Shown one piece after another: positions 20,437 to 29,965 of a stretch of DNA of 64,000 bases. Both the position numbers and the translations under genes were made by a program. The DNA comes from a virus. The notes beneath the pieces were generated by a model. It searched no databases and was not told the DNA's origin. It saw only the letters and a list, made by a program, of their open reading frames with translations. Position 1 is the first letter of the stretch, and every line of letters begins with the position of its first letter. Where the stretch lies: positions 32,001 to 96,000 of the IMG/VR virus record IMGVR_UViG_3300020182_002648. The stretch is one strand, 5' to 3'.

Positions 20437-21894
20437 ATGTCACAGGTAAAACCCGCACAATCATATATTGATGAGGAAAGAGCTGGAACACTTCTTGAGA
20501 AGTGGGCACCAGTTTTGGATTACACATCCGATAACGTTAAACCTATCACCGATGATCATTCTCGTTTGAACACCGCTATTCTCTTGGAAAACCAAGAGTC
20601 ATGGTGCTTGAAAGAAAATTCAGCTGGTGGTGGAGCAGGCGGAGTCTTCGGATCTGCTGGAAGCATGGGTCAAGGAGGCGCAATGACGCCTGCTCAAGAC
20701 TTTTACGCTACTGGCGATGCACGTCTTCCAAAAATTCTCATCCCAATGATTCGTCGTACATTCCCTGAACTAATTACTAATGAGATCGTAGGCGTCCAAC
20801 CTATGAGTGGTCCAGTAGGGCTTGCTTTTGCAATGCGTTACAAATACGAAAATGAATCTTTGGGTTCAACAGGTATTGACGGACACACTAATGGGTCAAC
20901 AACTACTGGTAAAAACGGCCAACCTCGTACAGCAGGAAATGCTCCTGATAACGAAGCCGGATACCAGAAGTTAGACACACGTTTCACAGGTGCATCTTCT
21001 GCTGCTTTAAGTGGAGACGCTGGACTCGGAATCGACTTTGTCGATAACGATGCTGGTATCGCTGCTAAACTAGCTGATTATGAACTTACTGGTAACATCC
21101 CACAGATGGTAGTCTCTTTTGAGAAGACCGCTGTTGAGGCTGGAACTCGTAGGCTCGCTGCACGTTGGAGCGTAGAGCTTGAACAAGACCTCAAGAACAT
21201 GAATGGTATTGATATCGATACTGAATTAACAAACGCTATGTCGTATGAAATTCAGGCCGAAATTGACCGTGAAATGCTCATGAGAATGGTTCAAGTCGCC
21301 GCCAATGCTGGAAGTGGAAAAGGTGTTAGCACCTGGTCCCCCGCTAGTGCTGACGGACGTTGGATGGCTGAACGTAATCGTGATCTTTACGCCAAAATTA
21401 TCGTAGAAGCAAATCGTATTGCTATTCGTAATCGCCGTGGAGCAGCTAACTTTTTAGTTGCTACTCCTCGCGTTTGCGCTATCTTGGAAATGCTCCCTGA
21501 ATTTCAGTGGATGCAAGTTCAAGGTAATGTCAATACCCAACCCGTTGGAATTGCTCGCGTCGGTAACTTAGGTGGAAGATTTAACGTTTACCGCGATACA
21601 CGCACAGAAGCTCAATACGAAGACGGACAAAGGTCCGGCGGACGTATGGAGTATATTCTTTTAGGCTATAAAGGACCTGAGTTTTACGACACAGGAATCA
21701 TTTATTGCCCATACATCCCAGTGATGGTACAAAGAACTGTAGGTCCTAATGATTTTGCTCCACGTGTTGGACTGCTCACCCGTTATGGTGTAGTAGACAA
21801 TATCTTCGGTGCAGATCTTTATTACCACGTTATCGTAATCAAGAATCTCGGTGATTCGTTCACACCCGGCACTCAGTCGGTGTACTTCGGATAA
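20437..21894 (+). CDS. T4 gp23-like major capsid protein
   Basis: LLEKWAPVLD, ILLENQ, GVQPMSGPVGL, ELEQDLK, EIDRE, GYKG, YCPYIP, TRYG. Confidence 0.97.
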   Translation: MSQVKPAQSYIDEERAGTLLEKWAPVLDYTSDNVKPITDDHSRLNTAILLENQESWCLKENSAGGGAGGVFGSAGSMGQGGAMTPAQDFYATGDARLPKILIPMIRRTFPELITNEIVGVQPMSGPVGLAFAMRYKYENESLGSTGIDGHTNGSTTTGKNGQPRTAGNAPDNEAGYQKLDTRFTGASSAALSGDAGLGIDFVDNDAGIAAKLADYELTGNIPQMVVSFEKTAVEAGTRRLAARWSVELEQDLKNMNGIDIDTELTNAMSYEIQAEIDREMLMRMVQVAANAGSGKGVSTWSPASADGRWMAERNRDLYAKIIVEANRIAIRNRRGAANFLVATPRVCAILEMLPEFQWMQVQGNVNTQPVGIARVGNLGGRFNVYRDTRTEAQYEDGQRSGGRMEYILLGYKGPEFYDTGIIYCPYIPVMVQRTVGPNDFAPRVGLLTRYGVVDNIFGADLYYHVIVIKNLGDSFTPGTQSVYFG

Positions 21895-21954
21895 ATCATT
21901 TAAGATGTTTTAGAAGCCGTTGAAATGATACACACGGCAAGAAGTTTTTAACTC

Positions 21955-21990
21955 ACGGTCTACCGATTGATTTCGGTAGACCGTTTTTTT
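21955..21990 (+). terminator. Intrinsic terminator after major capsid gene
   Basis: ACGGTCTACCGA-ttgatt-TCGGTAGACCGT followed by T-run. Confidence 0.9.
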
Positions 21991-22008
21991 GTGTATATAC
22001 GGACAGAC

Positions 22009-22038
22009 AAAAAAGGCCGCCCTGTGTAGAGCGACCTT
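22009..22038 (-). terminator. Intrinsic terminator after queF
   Basis: minus strand AAGGTCGCTCT-acac-AGGGCGGCCTT plus T-run. Confidence 0.8.
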
Positions 22039-22064
22039 GTTAGTTTAGTTAGGGTTAAATTGTA

Positions 22065-22997
22065 TTATTGTTTGCTTGTCTTGACGTGAGGTATCTTCAC
22101 GTCAATCAAAGCAGGGCATGCCCAATCAATTGAGCTCTTATCATTAGCACGAACAGGATTGATATCAATACCACCTCGACGAGCATACAGACAGGTTACC
22201 ACGAGCTTCTCCGGAGACAATATATCATGTAGACGTTTGTATATTGTCTCACATATCTCTTCATGAAAGTGACATTCATCCCTAAACGAAATGATATACT
22301 TGAGCATGCTCTCAGGTGTCACGTGGTTCTGTCCTTTGATAGCAATCCATACATCACCCCAATCTGGTTGACTTGTGACACGACAATTACTCTTGAGCAA
22401 ACCACTATGAAACTTAGACCAGCTAGTGACAATACCACCCTCTGGTAGATCTTCTAGTTCTAACAAGTCTGGTGTCTCCGTGTATGTTTCCACATTCATA
22501 TCGGTTAGTAATTGAGGATCTAACACTTCCTCTAATGTCGTGTATCCTTTCCTGCTGAACAAAGGATCTCCACTAGCTTTGATATTAGATGGTATCACGT
22601 GTACCTCTACATGAGTCTCTAGCAACTTGCTCAAATCATCTGATGCATGTAAAGAGATAAACTCTAACACGCTTTCTTGACTGTTTCCGCATTTGAACAT
22701 GTTGAAACTATTGAAATACAACTTGATACTCTTGCTCTCAACAATGTACTTACTATCACACGGATACACGATTTTAGCCACCCCAGCAACAGGTAACCCA
22801 CCATTAGTCAACCCACTCACTTCATATGCATTCCATGTATCATATCCCACGAACGGTAGATCATCATCACTGATATCTAGATGCTTTCTATTGTTACTTC
22901 TAGGTTCTCTGACCAATAAATTACTATCGTATTGGTCCTTGTATTGAGATGTTTGTCCTAAATGAACTGATATATTACTATTGTCTAATTTTGTCAT
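22065..22997 (-). CDS. queF: NADPH-dependent preQ0 reductase, bimodular type
   Basis: ESKSIKLYFNSF QueF motif, catalytic SNC...QPDWG, HFHEE, YARRGGIDINP. Confidence 0.95.
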   Translation of the reverse strand: MTKLDNSNISVHLGQTSQYKDQYDSNLLVREPRSNNRKHLDISDDDLPFVGYDTWNAYEVSGLTNGGLPVAGVAKIVYPCDSKYIVESKSIKLYFNSFNMFKCGNSQESVLEFISLHASDDLSKLLETHVEVHVIPSNIKASGDPLFSRKGYTTLEEVLDPQLLTDMNVETYTETPDLLELEDLPEGGIVTSWSKFHSGLLKSNCRVTSQPDWGDVWIAIKGQNHVTPESMLKYIISFRDECHFHEEICETIYKRLHDILSPEKLVVTCLYARRGGIDINPVRANDKSSIDWACPALIDVKIPHVKTSKQ

Positions 22998-23545
22998 TTT
23001 ATGTGCTTTAAAATTGTTTCCATCCTCTCTTCTACAGATCCACTTAACTTAACTATTCTATCCCTCCATGAATTCACACCTGGTAAGCTAACCGGAGATG
23101 TGAGAATCTCGTTGTATATATCTAGTATATTGTTACGAAACTGCATGTCAGTGCTCCTCACACCATCATCCTCGAATGGTATCTCATCAGGACATGTATA
23201 GAATATAACATCTAACTTGTTACCTAGAAACGATAGCATGTTCCGCGAGAACTCTCTCACCCAGGTTTCTACTAATCCTTGATCTGATAACCATTTTGTA
23301 TACACATAGCCATCCAATATACATCTATCGAGAATGACATTACCTGTCATACAGTGATTGTCTAGATGTTCTTTGAGAATATGTAACTGTGTCATATCAT
23401 TACCAGATGTATTTATATCATGACCTTCTCTAGCTACTTTTCTAGTAACCTCATCAACAAACTGCCAGTTGTTGAGATGTTTCTTACATTCAGCGAGTAA
23501 GGTTGACTTACCTGTACATTGTGCTCCTGTGAATCCTACTAACAT
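22994..23545 (-). CDS. P-loop kinase (AAA_28/dNMP-kinase-like)
   Basis: GAQCTGKST Walker A, LDRC.LD, DDGVR lid motif. Confidence 0.75.
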   Translation of the reverse strand: MLVGFTGAQCTGKSTLLAECKKHLNNWQFVDEVTRKVAREGHDINTSGNDMTQLHILKEHLDNHCMTGNVILDRCILDGYVYTKWLSDQGLVETWVREFSRNMLSFLGNKLDVIFYTCPDEIPFEDDGVRSTDMQFRNNILDIYNEILTSPVSLPGVNSWRDRIVKLSGSVEERMETILKHIK

Positions 23546-23559
23546 ATTCTAATTATATC

Positions 23560-23895
23560 CTATTTGTTTGGATAGTTCAACTTGTCATTCATGTTATCTA
23601 AATTTTTTTCTGTCCACATTGCACACATCATGTTCCATACCACTGCAGCGGCATGATCTTCACTCTCATCTCCTTGCCACCATTGCATCATGTGTCTATT
23701 AGCACTATCGTAATACACACTAAGCGGCATGCCTTTGGTCCAATTGTTGTCTCCATACTTTGCCCCACCGGAGCGGTACCTCTCCATCACTCTCTCAAGT
23801 TCCTTAATAGGTACTAAGGACATGCATAATTTACCGTCTCCTGTGTCTCTCTGAGCCCCGGAGTCGAATTGTCTGTTGTTAGATGTATCTGTCAT
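23560..23895 (-). CDS. dATP/dGTP diphosphohydrolase (DUF5664-like)
   Basis: FDSGAQRD..DGK, GAKYGDNNW.KGMP, RH...W..G...EDH.AA..WN. Confidence 0.8.
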   Translation of the reverse strand: MTDTSNNRQFDSGAQRDTGDGKLCMSLVPIKELERVMERYRSGGAKYGDNNWTKGMPLSVYYDSANRHMMQWWQGDESEDHAAAVVWNMMCAMWTEKNLDNMNDKLNYPNK

Positions 23896-24061
23896 ATCTT
23901 GAATTGAATGTTGAAACACCACACAATGCAGCAACAGTTGTTGATAATATGGCTTCTCCAGTCAACCCATGCATGGTCATCAGCACCGCTACCATCAGAT
24001 TGACAACACACATCACTATCAAAATCTGTCCTGCTAAATTAACATTGCTCCAACGTCTCAT
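23879..24061 (-). CDS. Small two-TM membrane protein
   Basis: Two hydrophobic segments in 60 aa. Confidence 0.5.
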   Translation of the reverse strand: MRRWSNVNLAGQILIVMCVVNLMVAVLMTMHGLTGEAILSTTVAALCGVSTFNSRYDRYI

Positions 24062-24133
24062 GCTACAAGTACAATTAGTATGTCTCTGTATAATATGACA
24101 GATAGATCTAATATCAATAACGTCAATATAAAT

Positions 24134-24382
24134 TTAATTCGTCCCATTGCTCTCTATACTGTCTATATTTGAGATGATATCACTCATTGTCAGTGATTGT
24201 GTTTCAATTCTACTAGAACCATTATTGTCAATGCGTTTATGAGTCAATCCTATGTTAAAATTGTTCACGTTGATATTAACATTATGATCAATGATCACAT
24301 GGTGAGATGTTTTAATTGTATTGCATCCAGTCAACCCAACAATCGTCATGGCTGTTCCTAATATCACGTTTATAATTTTCAT
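24134..24382 (-). CDS. Putative lipoprotein
   Basis: Signal peptide ending LTG-C. Confidence 0.55.
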   Translation of the reverse strand: MKIINVILGTAMTIVGLTGCNTIKTSHHVIIDHNVNINVNNFNIGLTHKRIDNNGSSRIETQSLTMSDIISNIDSIESNGTN

Positions 24383-24389
24383 TTTTACT

Positions 24390-24917
24390 TTATGTTTTTA
24401 ATAGTTGTATCCATAATTGTGTAGCCATTTCATGTAAACGGCAACTTAAATCATCTTCTCCATAAAAGTTATTGGAAGTTGATATCTCTGCTAAGACTTC
24501 ACCGGCATCTACCTCTGAAATCACTTCATGAATCACACAGCCTACTCTCTTGTACTTCTCATCTCCAGTGTTCGCTACACGCTTCTGAGGATCAGCGCCT
24601 TTTAGCTCCGGGTACAGTGTTATCAAACCGGGATGTAGGTTGTATATTTTATATTCTCTACATATCTTTGGTGGTATGATTCTCATCCATCCATGGAGAG
24701 TGACAATATCCACATCCTTGAGAACATTTCTGTAGTCCTCAACAGATGGTTTCTGTTGAACATATACATTGTCTCTGATACCTTCATGTATTCGTTCACT
24801 TCCTGGTGTGTTGTTTGTTATGATCACATCTGGATCACGTCCTATGATGTTAGATATATTCACGATCTCTGATCCTGTGTGACTGAACAACGCAGCCCAT
24901 CTTTTGTTTTTTAGCAT
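24390..24917 (-). CDS. PurN-like formyltransferase (DpdN-like)
   Basis: FSHTGS, GWMRII, NLHPGL, GC.IH.V...VDAG: N10-formyl-THF transferase motifs; context of queF and TGT-like gene. Confidence 0.85.
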   Translation of the reverse strand: MLKNKRWAALFSHTGSEIVNISNIIGRDPDVIITNNTPGSERIHEGIRDNVYVQQKPSVEDYRNVLKDVDIVTLHGWMRIIPPKICREYKIYNLHPGLITLYPELKGADPQKRVANTGDEKYKRVGCVIHEVISEVDAGEVLAEISTSNNFYGEDDLSCRLHEMATQLWIQLLKT

Positions 24918-24918
24918 A

Positions 24919-25734
24919 TCATCTTTTGATTATTTTTTTAAACATTTTCGTGTTATACTCCAGTAGTTCCATGTCGATATCGTCAGCCTTATAGTCTATA
25001 AGATCTGCCAGGAGTGTTGAAGGTTTACTATGTAGTCCATGTATATCATTATATCTATAGTTCTTGATTGTGGCAACTACTGGGTTGCTCGTGTCAAGGC
25101 TCTTTATGTTATAAACATTGTTATCCACGTACCATCTAAACTCCTTCGCTAGACTACAACCTAATAGATGATGAGGTTTGTTCCAGTTCCAATGTCCCTC
25201 GTCAATCAATTGTCTTATAAACCGCTGCCTTCCTGAACACCATTTCTCTAAAGTAGGATTAGCTAATCCTGACTTCACACCAGTGTATCCATAATATTTG
25301 TAATCAAAACTAATAGCTATATAGTCAGCATGGTCACTCATGAACTTATAACACTTGAGTAGATGATCCCAATCCTTTCCCTGTACTACACCTATACGCA
25401 AAGCATCAGTAGTGTCAGTGTACTCATTCGTGAAACTCTTCCAGCTCTGTATTGTGTCCGCTGCATCTTCTAATACATCAGGTACTATATACCAGTTGGG
25501 TTGTAACTTGTCAATCCATTCAGCATATTTGATTGGATTGAAGCTCTTTCCTAACTCAAATATACTATTATCTAACAAAACTGAACATTTATTTTCATCA
25601 ACTAAATTCTTAAAAAATTTATAATAGTCAGGATGCGTTTCAAACAAATGTACTAATGCATAAGCGTAATCATTGTATTCTAGTGATTTGTCTAGAATTG
25701 AGATTGGACTCTCGTGTGATACTTCTATTACCAT
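24919..25734 (-). CDS. TGT-like 7-deazaguanine transglycosylase (DpdA-family, DpdA3-like)
   Basis: TIM-barrel motifs LLDNS.FE, VPDV, GVVQG, HHLLG, SLDTSNP; co-transcribed with queF. Confidence 0.7.
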   Translation of the reverse strand: MVIEVSHESPISILDKSLEYNDYAYALVHLFETHPDYYKFFKNLVDENKCSVLLDNSIFELGKSFNPIKYAEWIDKLQPNWYIVPDVLEDAADTIQSWKSFTNEYTDTTDALRIGVVQGKDWDHLLKCYKFMSDHADYIAISFDYKYYGYTGVKSGLANPTLEKWCSGRQRFIRQLIDEGHWNWNKPHHLLGCSLAKEFRWYVDNNVYNIKSLDTSNPVVATIKNYRYNDIHGLHSKPSTLLADLIDYKADDIDMELLEYNTKMFKKIIKR

Positions 25735-25740
25735 ACACTT

Positions 25741-25769
25741 ATTATACACTCAAACGTTGCATATGTCAA
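25741..25769 (-). promoter_or_regulatory. Perfect sigma70 promoter driving the DNA-modification operon (leaderless)
   Basis: TTGACA-17bp-TATAAT, ATG 6 nt after the -10 box. Confidence 0.85.
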
Positions 25770-25797
25770 CGAAAATGTTTATAATAATAGTATAAAT

Positions 25798-28290
25798 ATG
25801 AGTATGAAGGACTTACCTGATTTAACAGTTGCCGGTCGCCGCGCAATGATGACAGCAAAGAAAATTGCAGTAGATTATAAGCATGATTTCATTACAACCG
25901 AACATGTGTTACTAGCTATATTAGACTGTGATAAGATAACGCCTGGATTAAAAGCCATTTCTAAGCAGTATGTCCAGATAGACGACTTTAAATCCTTTGT
26001 TATAACCAATTTACAAAAATACACTGGCCCGGAGAACATTGATATAGGCCTGGTCGAACCATCACCACGTACATTACAGATGCTAGCATTCGCTAGTGGA
26101 ATCGCCGGTGAGATGGGATCATCTCTTATTGATGTGGATCACATGTTACTAAGTATACTAGTAAGCGATTCAGGTAGTGGTAACAATTTATTCAGACTCA
26201 AAAATATAAATGTTGATGACCTTTACGAGATCATATATGAAGCTATCACTCCACGAGGAGTGAGGAAGAAACAAGACCAAAAACAAAAATCCGGTATTGG
26301 TGGCAGTCATACTAACACGGACACTGATGAGATCTATGAAGAGAGTATCATCGATAAATACGCAGCAAATTTAACTCAATTAGCGTTTAATGGTGAGATT
26401 GACCCTGTGATAGGTCGTGATGACGAAGTGCAAGATGCAATTCAGATACTATCTAGACGTACTAAGAATAACCCTGTGCTAGTAGGGGAGCCCGGTGTTG
26501 GTAAGACAGCTGTAATAGAACTACTAGCTCACAGAATAGTCAATGGAGACGTACCGCAAAACTTGAGAGGTAAACAGATATACACATTAGATTTAGCCGC
26601 TCTGGTAGCTGGTACTATCTACAGAGGTCAATTTGAGGAGAGGTTGAAGGAAGTTATATCATACGTCACACAACGAGAGGATCTAATTATATTTATTGAT
26701 GAGTTACACATGCTTGTTGGAGCTGGTGCAAGTACTGGTAGTATGGATGCTAGTAACATATTGAAGCCAGCGTTAGCAAGAGGCAAGTTGTCATGTATAG
26801 GAGCCACTACCACTAGTGAATATAAGGAGTTTATAGAAGGTGACGGAGCATTAGAGAGACGATTTCAATCAATACATGTAGGAGAACCTGGGACAGAAGA
26901 TTGTATTGCAATACTTCGTGGTATCAAAGAGAAATACGAAGACTATCACAATGTAAAATATAACAAATCCGTGATAAAAGAGATTGTAACATTGTGTGAA
27001 CGTTATATTGTCGATAAAAACTTTCCTGACAAAGCGATTGACATACTAGATGAATCTGGAGCAGTAGCAAAAGTGTCTAGATATCATGGTAATACGGAGG
27101 TACAGGCTCTTATAGATGATTTGTTACATGTTAGCAGAAGCAAGGAAAAGGCTGTAGAGACAGGTGAATATGATTTAGGCTTAGGATACAGAGAAACAGA
27201 GGAACAATTGGCTGTTAAGTTAGAAGAATGTATCGAGGAGAGAGAAGCTGGTGAACTATCTAGAAACATAAAGCCTTCCAGGATATCAATTGAAGATATC
27301 AGAGAGTTGATATCTAATAAATGTGGTGTTCCTGTTAGTAGCATGGAGGCTGATGAGCTGAAAGTGCTGTCAAATCTTGCTATCAGTATGAAGAACAAGG
27401 TGATCGGACAAGAAGATGGTATAGACAAGATATGTAATGCTATCAAAAGGTCTAGAGCTGGTGTGAGCAACCCTGATAAACCTATATGTTCGTTATTATT
27501 TTTAGGACCAACAGGCGTAGGCAAGACCTATCTTGCACATCAACTAGGAAAAGCTATGTTTCATGACGGTAATTTCAAACAATACGACATGTCTGAGTTC
27601 AGCGAGAAGCATGCCACTAGTAAATTGATTGGATCTCCTCCCGGCTACGTCGGATATGGTGAGGGAGGGAGCCTAACGGAGTATGTTAGACACAACCCGT
27701 ACTGTGTACTACTGTTCGATGAGATCGAAAAAGCTCATCCTGAGGTGCTACAACTGTTTCTCCAAGTGTTTGAGTACGGTTGCTTGACTGATAGTGAAGG
27801 ATTAGAGGTAAATTTTAAAAATACTATAATAGTACTGACAAGTAACATAGGTGCTCACAAGTTTGAGAAGCGACCTAATGTAGGATTTGGTACAGGAGAG
27901 ACATTAGAAGAAGGAGTAGTGGCGGAACTCAAGAAGATGTATGCTCCAGAATTTATAAATCGCCTTGATGAGGTGGTTATATTCAACAAATTGACAGACA
28001 AAGACATCACATCTATTTGTACCGGGCTGTTAAAGGGTGTGAAACGTACTCTCAAGAATAACAATGGCAAGATAATTAACTTTTCTAAGGATATCGCTGA
28101 TCATATTCTATCTAAATCAAGAGACGCAGCATATGGTGCTCGTCCTTTGAAGAGAATCATCACAGAATTTATAGAGACACCACTAGCTGAGTTCATTATA
28201 TCTAACGATTCATCCATCCGCAAGATAAATGCTGAGGTTGTTGATGAAGATATACAGTTTACTGCTGCTTCTGTTGTTCAGCGTACTTGA
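25798..28290 (+). CDS. clpC: ClpC-like AAA+ unfoldase
   Basis: Clp-N repeats (TEHVLL, DHMLL), two Walker A (GEPGVGKT, GPTGVGKT), UVR-like middle domain, VGF ClpP-docking loop, GARPL; TATAAATA at 25791. Confidence 0.9.
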   Translation: MSMKDLPDLTVAGRRAMMTAKKIAVDYKHDFITTEHVLLAILDCDKITPGLKAISKQYVQIDDFKSFVITNLQKYTGPENIDIGLVEPSPRTLQMLAFASGIAGEMGSSLIDVDHMLLSILVSDSGSGNNLFRLKNINVDDLYEIIYEAITPRGVRKKQDQKQKSGIGGSHTNTDTDEIYEESIIDKYAANLTQLAFNGEIDPVIGRDDEVQDAIQILSRRTKNNPVLVGEPGVGKTAVIELLAHRIVNGDVPQNLRGKQIYTLDLAALVAGTIYRGQFEERLKEVISYVTQREDLIIFIDELHMLVGAGASTGSMDASNILKPALARGKLSCIGATTTSEYKEFIEGDGALERRFQSIHVGEPGTEDCIAILRGIKEKYEDYHNVKYNKSVIKEIVTLCERYIVDKNFPDKAIDILDESGAVAKVSRYHGNTEVQALIDDLLHVSRSKEKAVETGEYDLGLGYRETEEQLAVKLEECIEEREAGELSRNIKPSRISIEDIRELISNKCGVPVSSMEADELKVLSNLAISMKNKVIGQEDGIDKICNAIKRSRAGVSNPDKPICSLLFLGPTGVGKTYLAHQLGKAMFHDGNFKQYDMSEFSEKHATSKLIGSPPGYVGYGEGGSLTEYVRHNPYCVLLFDEIEKAHPEVLQLFLQVFEYGCLTDSEGLEVNFKNTIIVLTSNIGAHKFEKRPNVGFGTGETLEEGVVAELKKMYAPEFINRLDEVVIFNKLTDKDITSICTGLLKGVKRTLKNNNGKIINFSKDIADHILSKSRDAAYGARPLKRIITEFIETPLAEFIISNDSSIRKINAEVVDEDIQFTAASVVQRT

Positions 28291-28561
28291 AATAATAAGC
28301 CATCATCTCATCTTTTACATTGTCTGTAATACGTTGAGAGAAATCTTTAAGTTCCACCGGGAATTCGCCATGTTTTTCTTTATATGCGCGTAATCCGGTC
28401 TCCACTTTGAGTGTTTTGTAACAGTCTATCATGTGCCTCATGTTATTCTCCTTGCTATCTGACATGACATCTTCATAACACACAGGGCACCATATCTCAT
28501 CCACACTTCTGATATCTAAATATTTGTCAATATAGTCGTGTAAATTTAAAGTTAGTCTCAT
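28259..28561 (-). CDS. Hypothetical protein (CxxC)
   Basis: ORF; overlaps end of clpC. Confidence 0.45.
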   Translation of the reverse strand: MRLTLNLHDYIDKYLDIRSVDEIWCPVCYEDVMSDSKENNMRHMIDCYKTLKVETGLRAYKEKHGEFPVELKDFSQRITDNVKDEMMAYYFKYAEQQKQQ

Positions 28562-28577
28562 TCGCCTAAGTACTTAT

Positions 28578-29012
28578 ATGGGTCCAGTAATAAACACAAT
28601 CATTGGCGCAGGTATTAAGCTAGGCGTCGTATTAATCAATGCATGGTTAGAAGGTAAACAGCAGAACCAGCTGTTGTTAGCAGCGAGAGACGAGAAAATG
28701 GTAGAGGCCATAATGAACAACCAAGACAAACAAGCTAGTGATCCATTTGTCAAGATGACTAGACGTATATTGTTCACTTGTATAACGTTTACATTATGCT
28801 ATCTCATGTTGTATTACGCTCTCAATCCTCACATAACATACGATGTGATTGTACCAAAAGGAGAGTCCCATCGATGGGGCATATTCTCATGGATAATAGG
28901 TGGTAAAGATTATGACGTTATAAAAATGACCGGAGGTTTGTTGTTAACCAGCTTCTTTGACTTGTGCTTCATGGTTATAGGTTTTTATGCTATACCTAGC
29001 AAGCGTAGATAG
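28578..29012 (+). CDS. Membrane protein, holin-like candidate
   Basis: 2-3 TM segments, basic C-terminus SKRR, TAAGTA late box at 28567. Confidence 0.45.
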   Translation: MGPVINTIIGAGIKLGVVLINAWLEGKQQNQLLLAARDEKMVEAIMNNQDKQASDPFVKMTRRILFTCITFTLCYLMLYYALNPHITYDVIVPKGESHRWGIFSWIIGGKDYDVIKMTGGLLLTSFFDLCFMVIGFYAIPSKRR

Positions 29013-29564
29013 TTACTTCTTCTTCTCAGCACTAGCACCAAACACTGCTACCAATTTGGCAATGATAGCTTCGCCATCACCTAGATCAGTAGGAGGTGCA
29101 ACAGGCATGACCAACTCATCACCATCATCCCAATCCTCATCACCATATCCATAATCCTGGTATATGTCAGCTCCTTGAGCATCAGCATCAATCTCTAACA
29201 CTTCTGTGGCTGCTGGTTCTGGTGGAGGTGTCCAATCTTCAGCTTCCAATTTATAAATGTCACTGAATATGATCCAGAGCAATTGCCTGGTGTGATCTTC
29301 ATCTTTAGTACGGGCAACGAAGTCTATAATGTCCCCCTTGGAGAACGCGCCATGCAAGGTTTGTATAGGATTGTCAATACTAGCGTAACACTTGTGTGCA
29401 ATATAATCATGAGCTAACGTGGCGCAATCTCTGATAACATAATAAGCACTCTTCTTTTTGATCTCCACACCTGTGTCAGGCTTGACCATGGCAATAGCAC
29501 TCGGTCCAACAAGGTTACGTTCCTTGATAGTACTCAACTCTAAGATCTTGCTCTCGAACTTCAT
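29013..29564 (-). CDS. Hypothetical protein, acidic C-terminus
   Basis: 183-aa ORF, N-terminal FESKILE. Confidence 0.7.
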   Translation of the reverse strand: MKFESKILELSTIKERNLVGPSAIAMVKPDTGVEIKKKSAYYVIRDCATLAHDYIAHKCYASIDNPIQTLHGAFSKGDIIDFVARTKDEDHTRQLLWIIFSDIYKLEAEDWTPPPEPAATEVLEIDADAQGADIYQDYGYGDEDWDDGDELVMPVAPPTDLGDGEAIIAKLVAVFGASAEKKK

Positions 29565-29847
29565 TACTTAGACTTCTTGTTATACTGCCTGGTTGGCTTG
29601 GTTTCTACACACTTGCATTTGAACTCTTCTAACTTGACCAACACATCCTGTATCGCTCCAGCCACCTGGTCCAATCGATCAGCAAAGCGATCCATTCGCT
29701 CATCCAACTCACTGGCACCACAACTGCCAGCCTCTTTAAGTTTATTATTCTCATTCTGCAGGGCATCATTGCGCTATTATTCTCATGCTGCAGGGCATCA
29801 TTGCGCTTGTACAGTTCATTCACTTGATTAATTTCCCAATCTTTCAT
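29564..29847 (-). pseudogene. 83-aa coiled-coil gene frameshifted by a 32-bp tandem duplication
   Basis: Removing one copy of 29743-29774/29775-29806 restores ...QNENNKLKEAG...YNKKSK*, whose TAA overlaps the next ATG. Confidence 0.75.
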
Positions 29848-29885
29848 ATAATAGATACTTAGTCTATCTGTATTGAAAATCCATG

Positions 29886-29943
29886 TAGCGCCGTAGGCGC
29901 TAAAAAAATCAGAAACCGCTAGCCGCCGGAGCCGTAGGCTCCG
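29886..29943. repeat. Two GC-rich hairpins sharing a GCC-GTA-GGC core
   Basis: TAGCGCC-GTA-GGCGCTA (29886-29902) and CGGAGCC-GTA-GGCTCCG (29927-29943). Confidence 0.85.
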
Positions 29944-29965
29944 CTAACCACCGCTGACCAACCGT

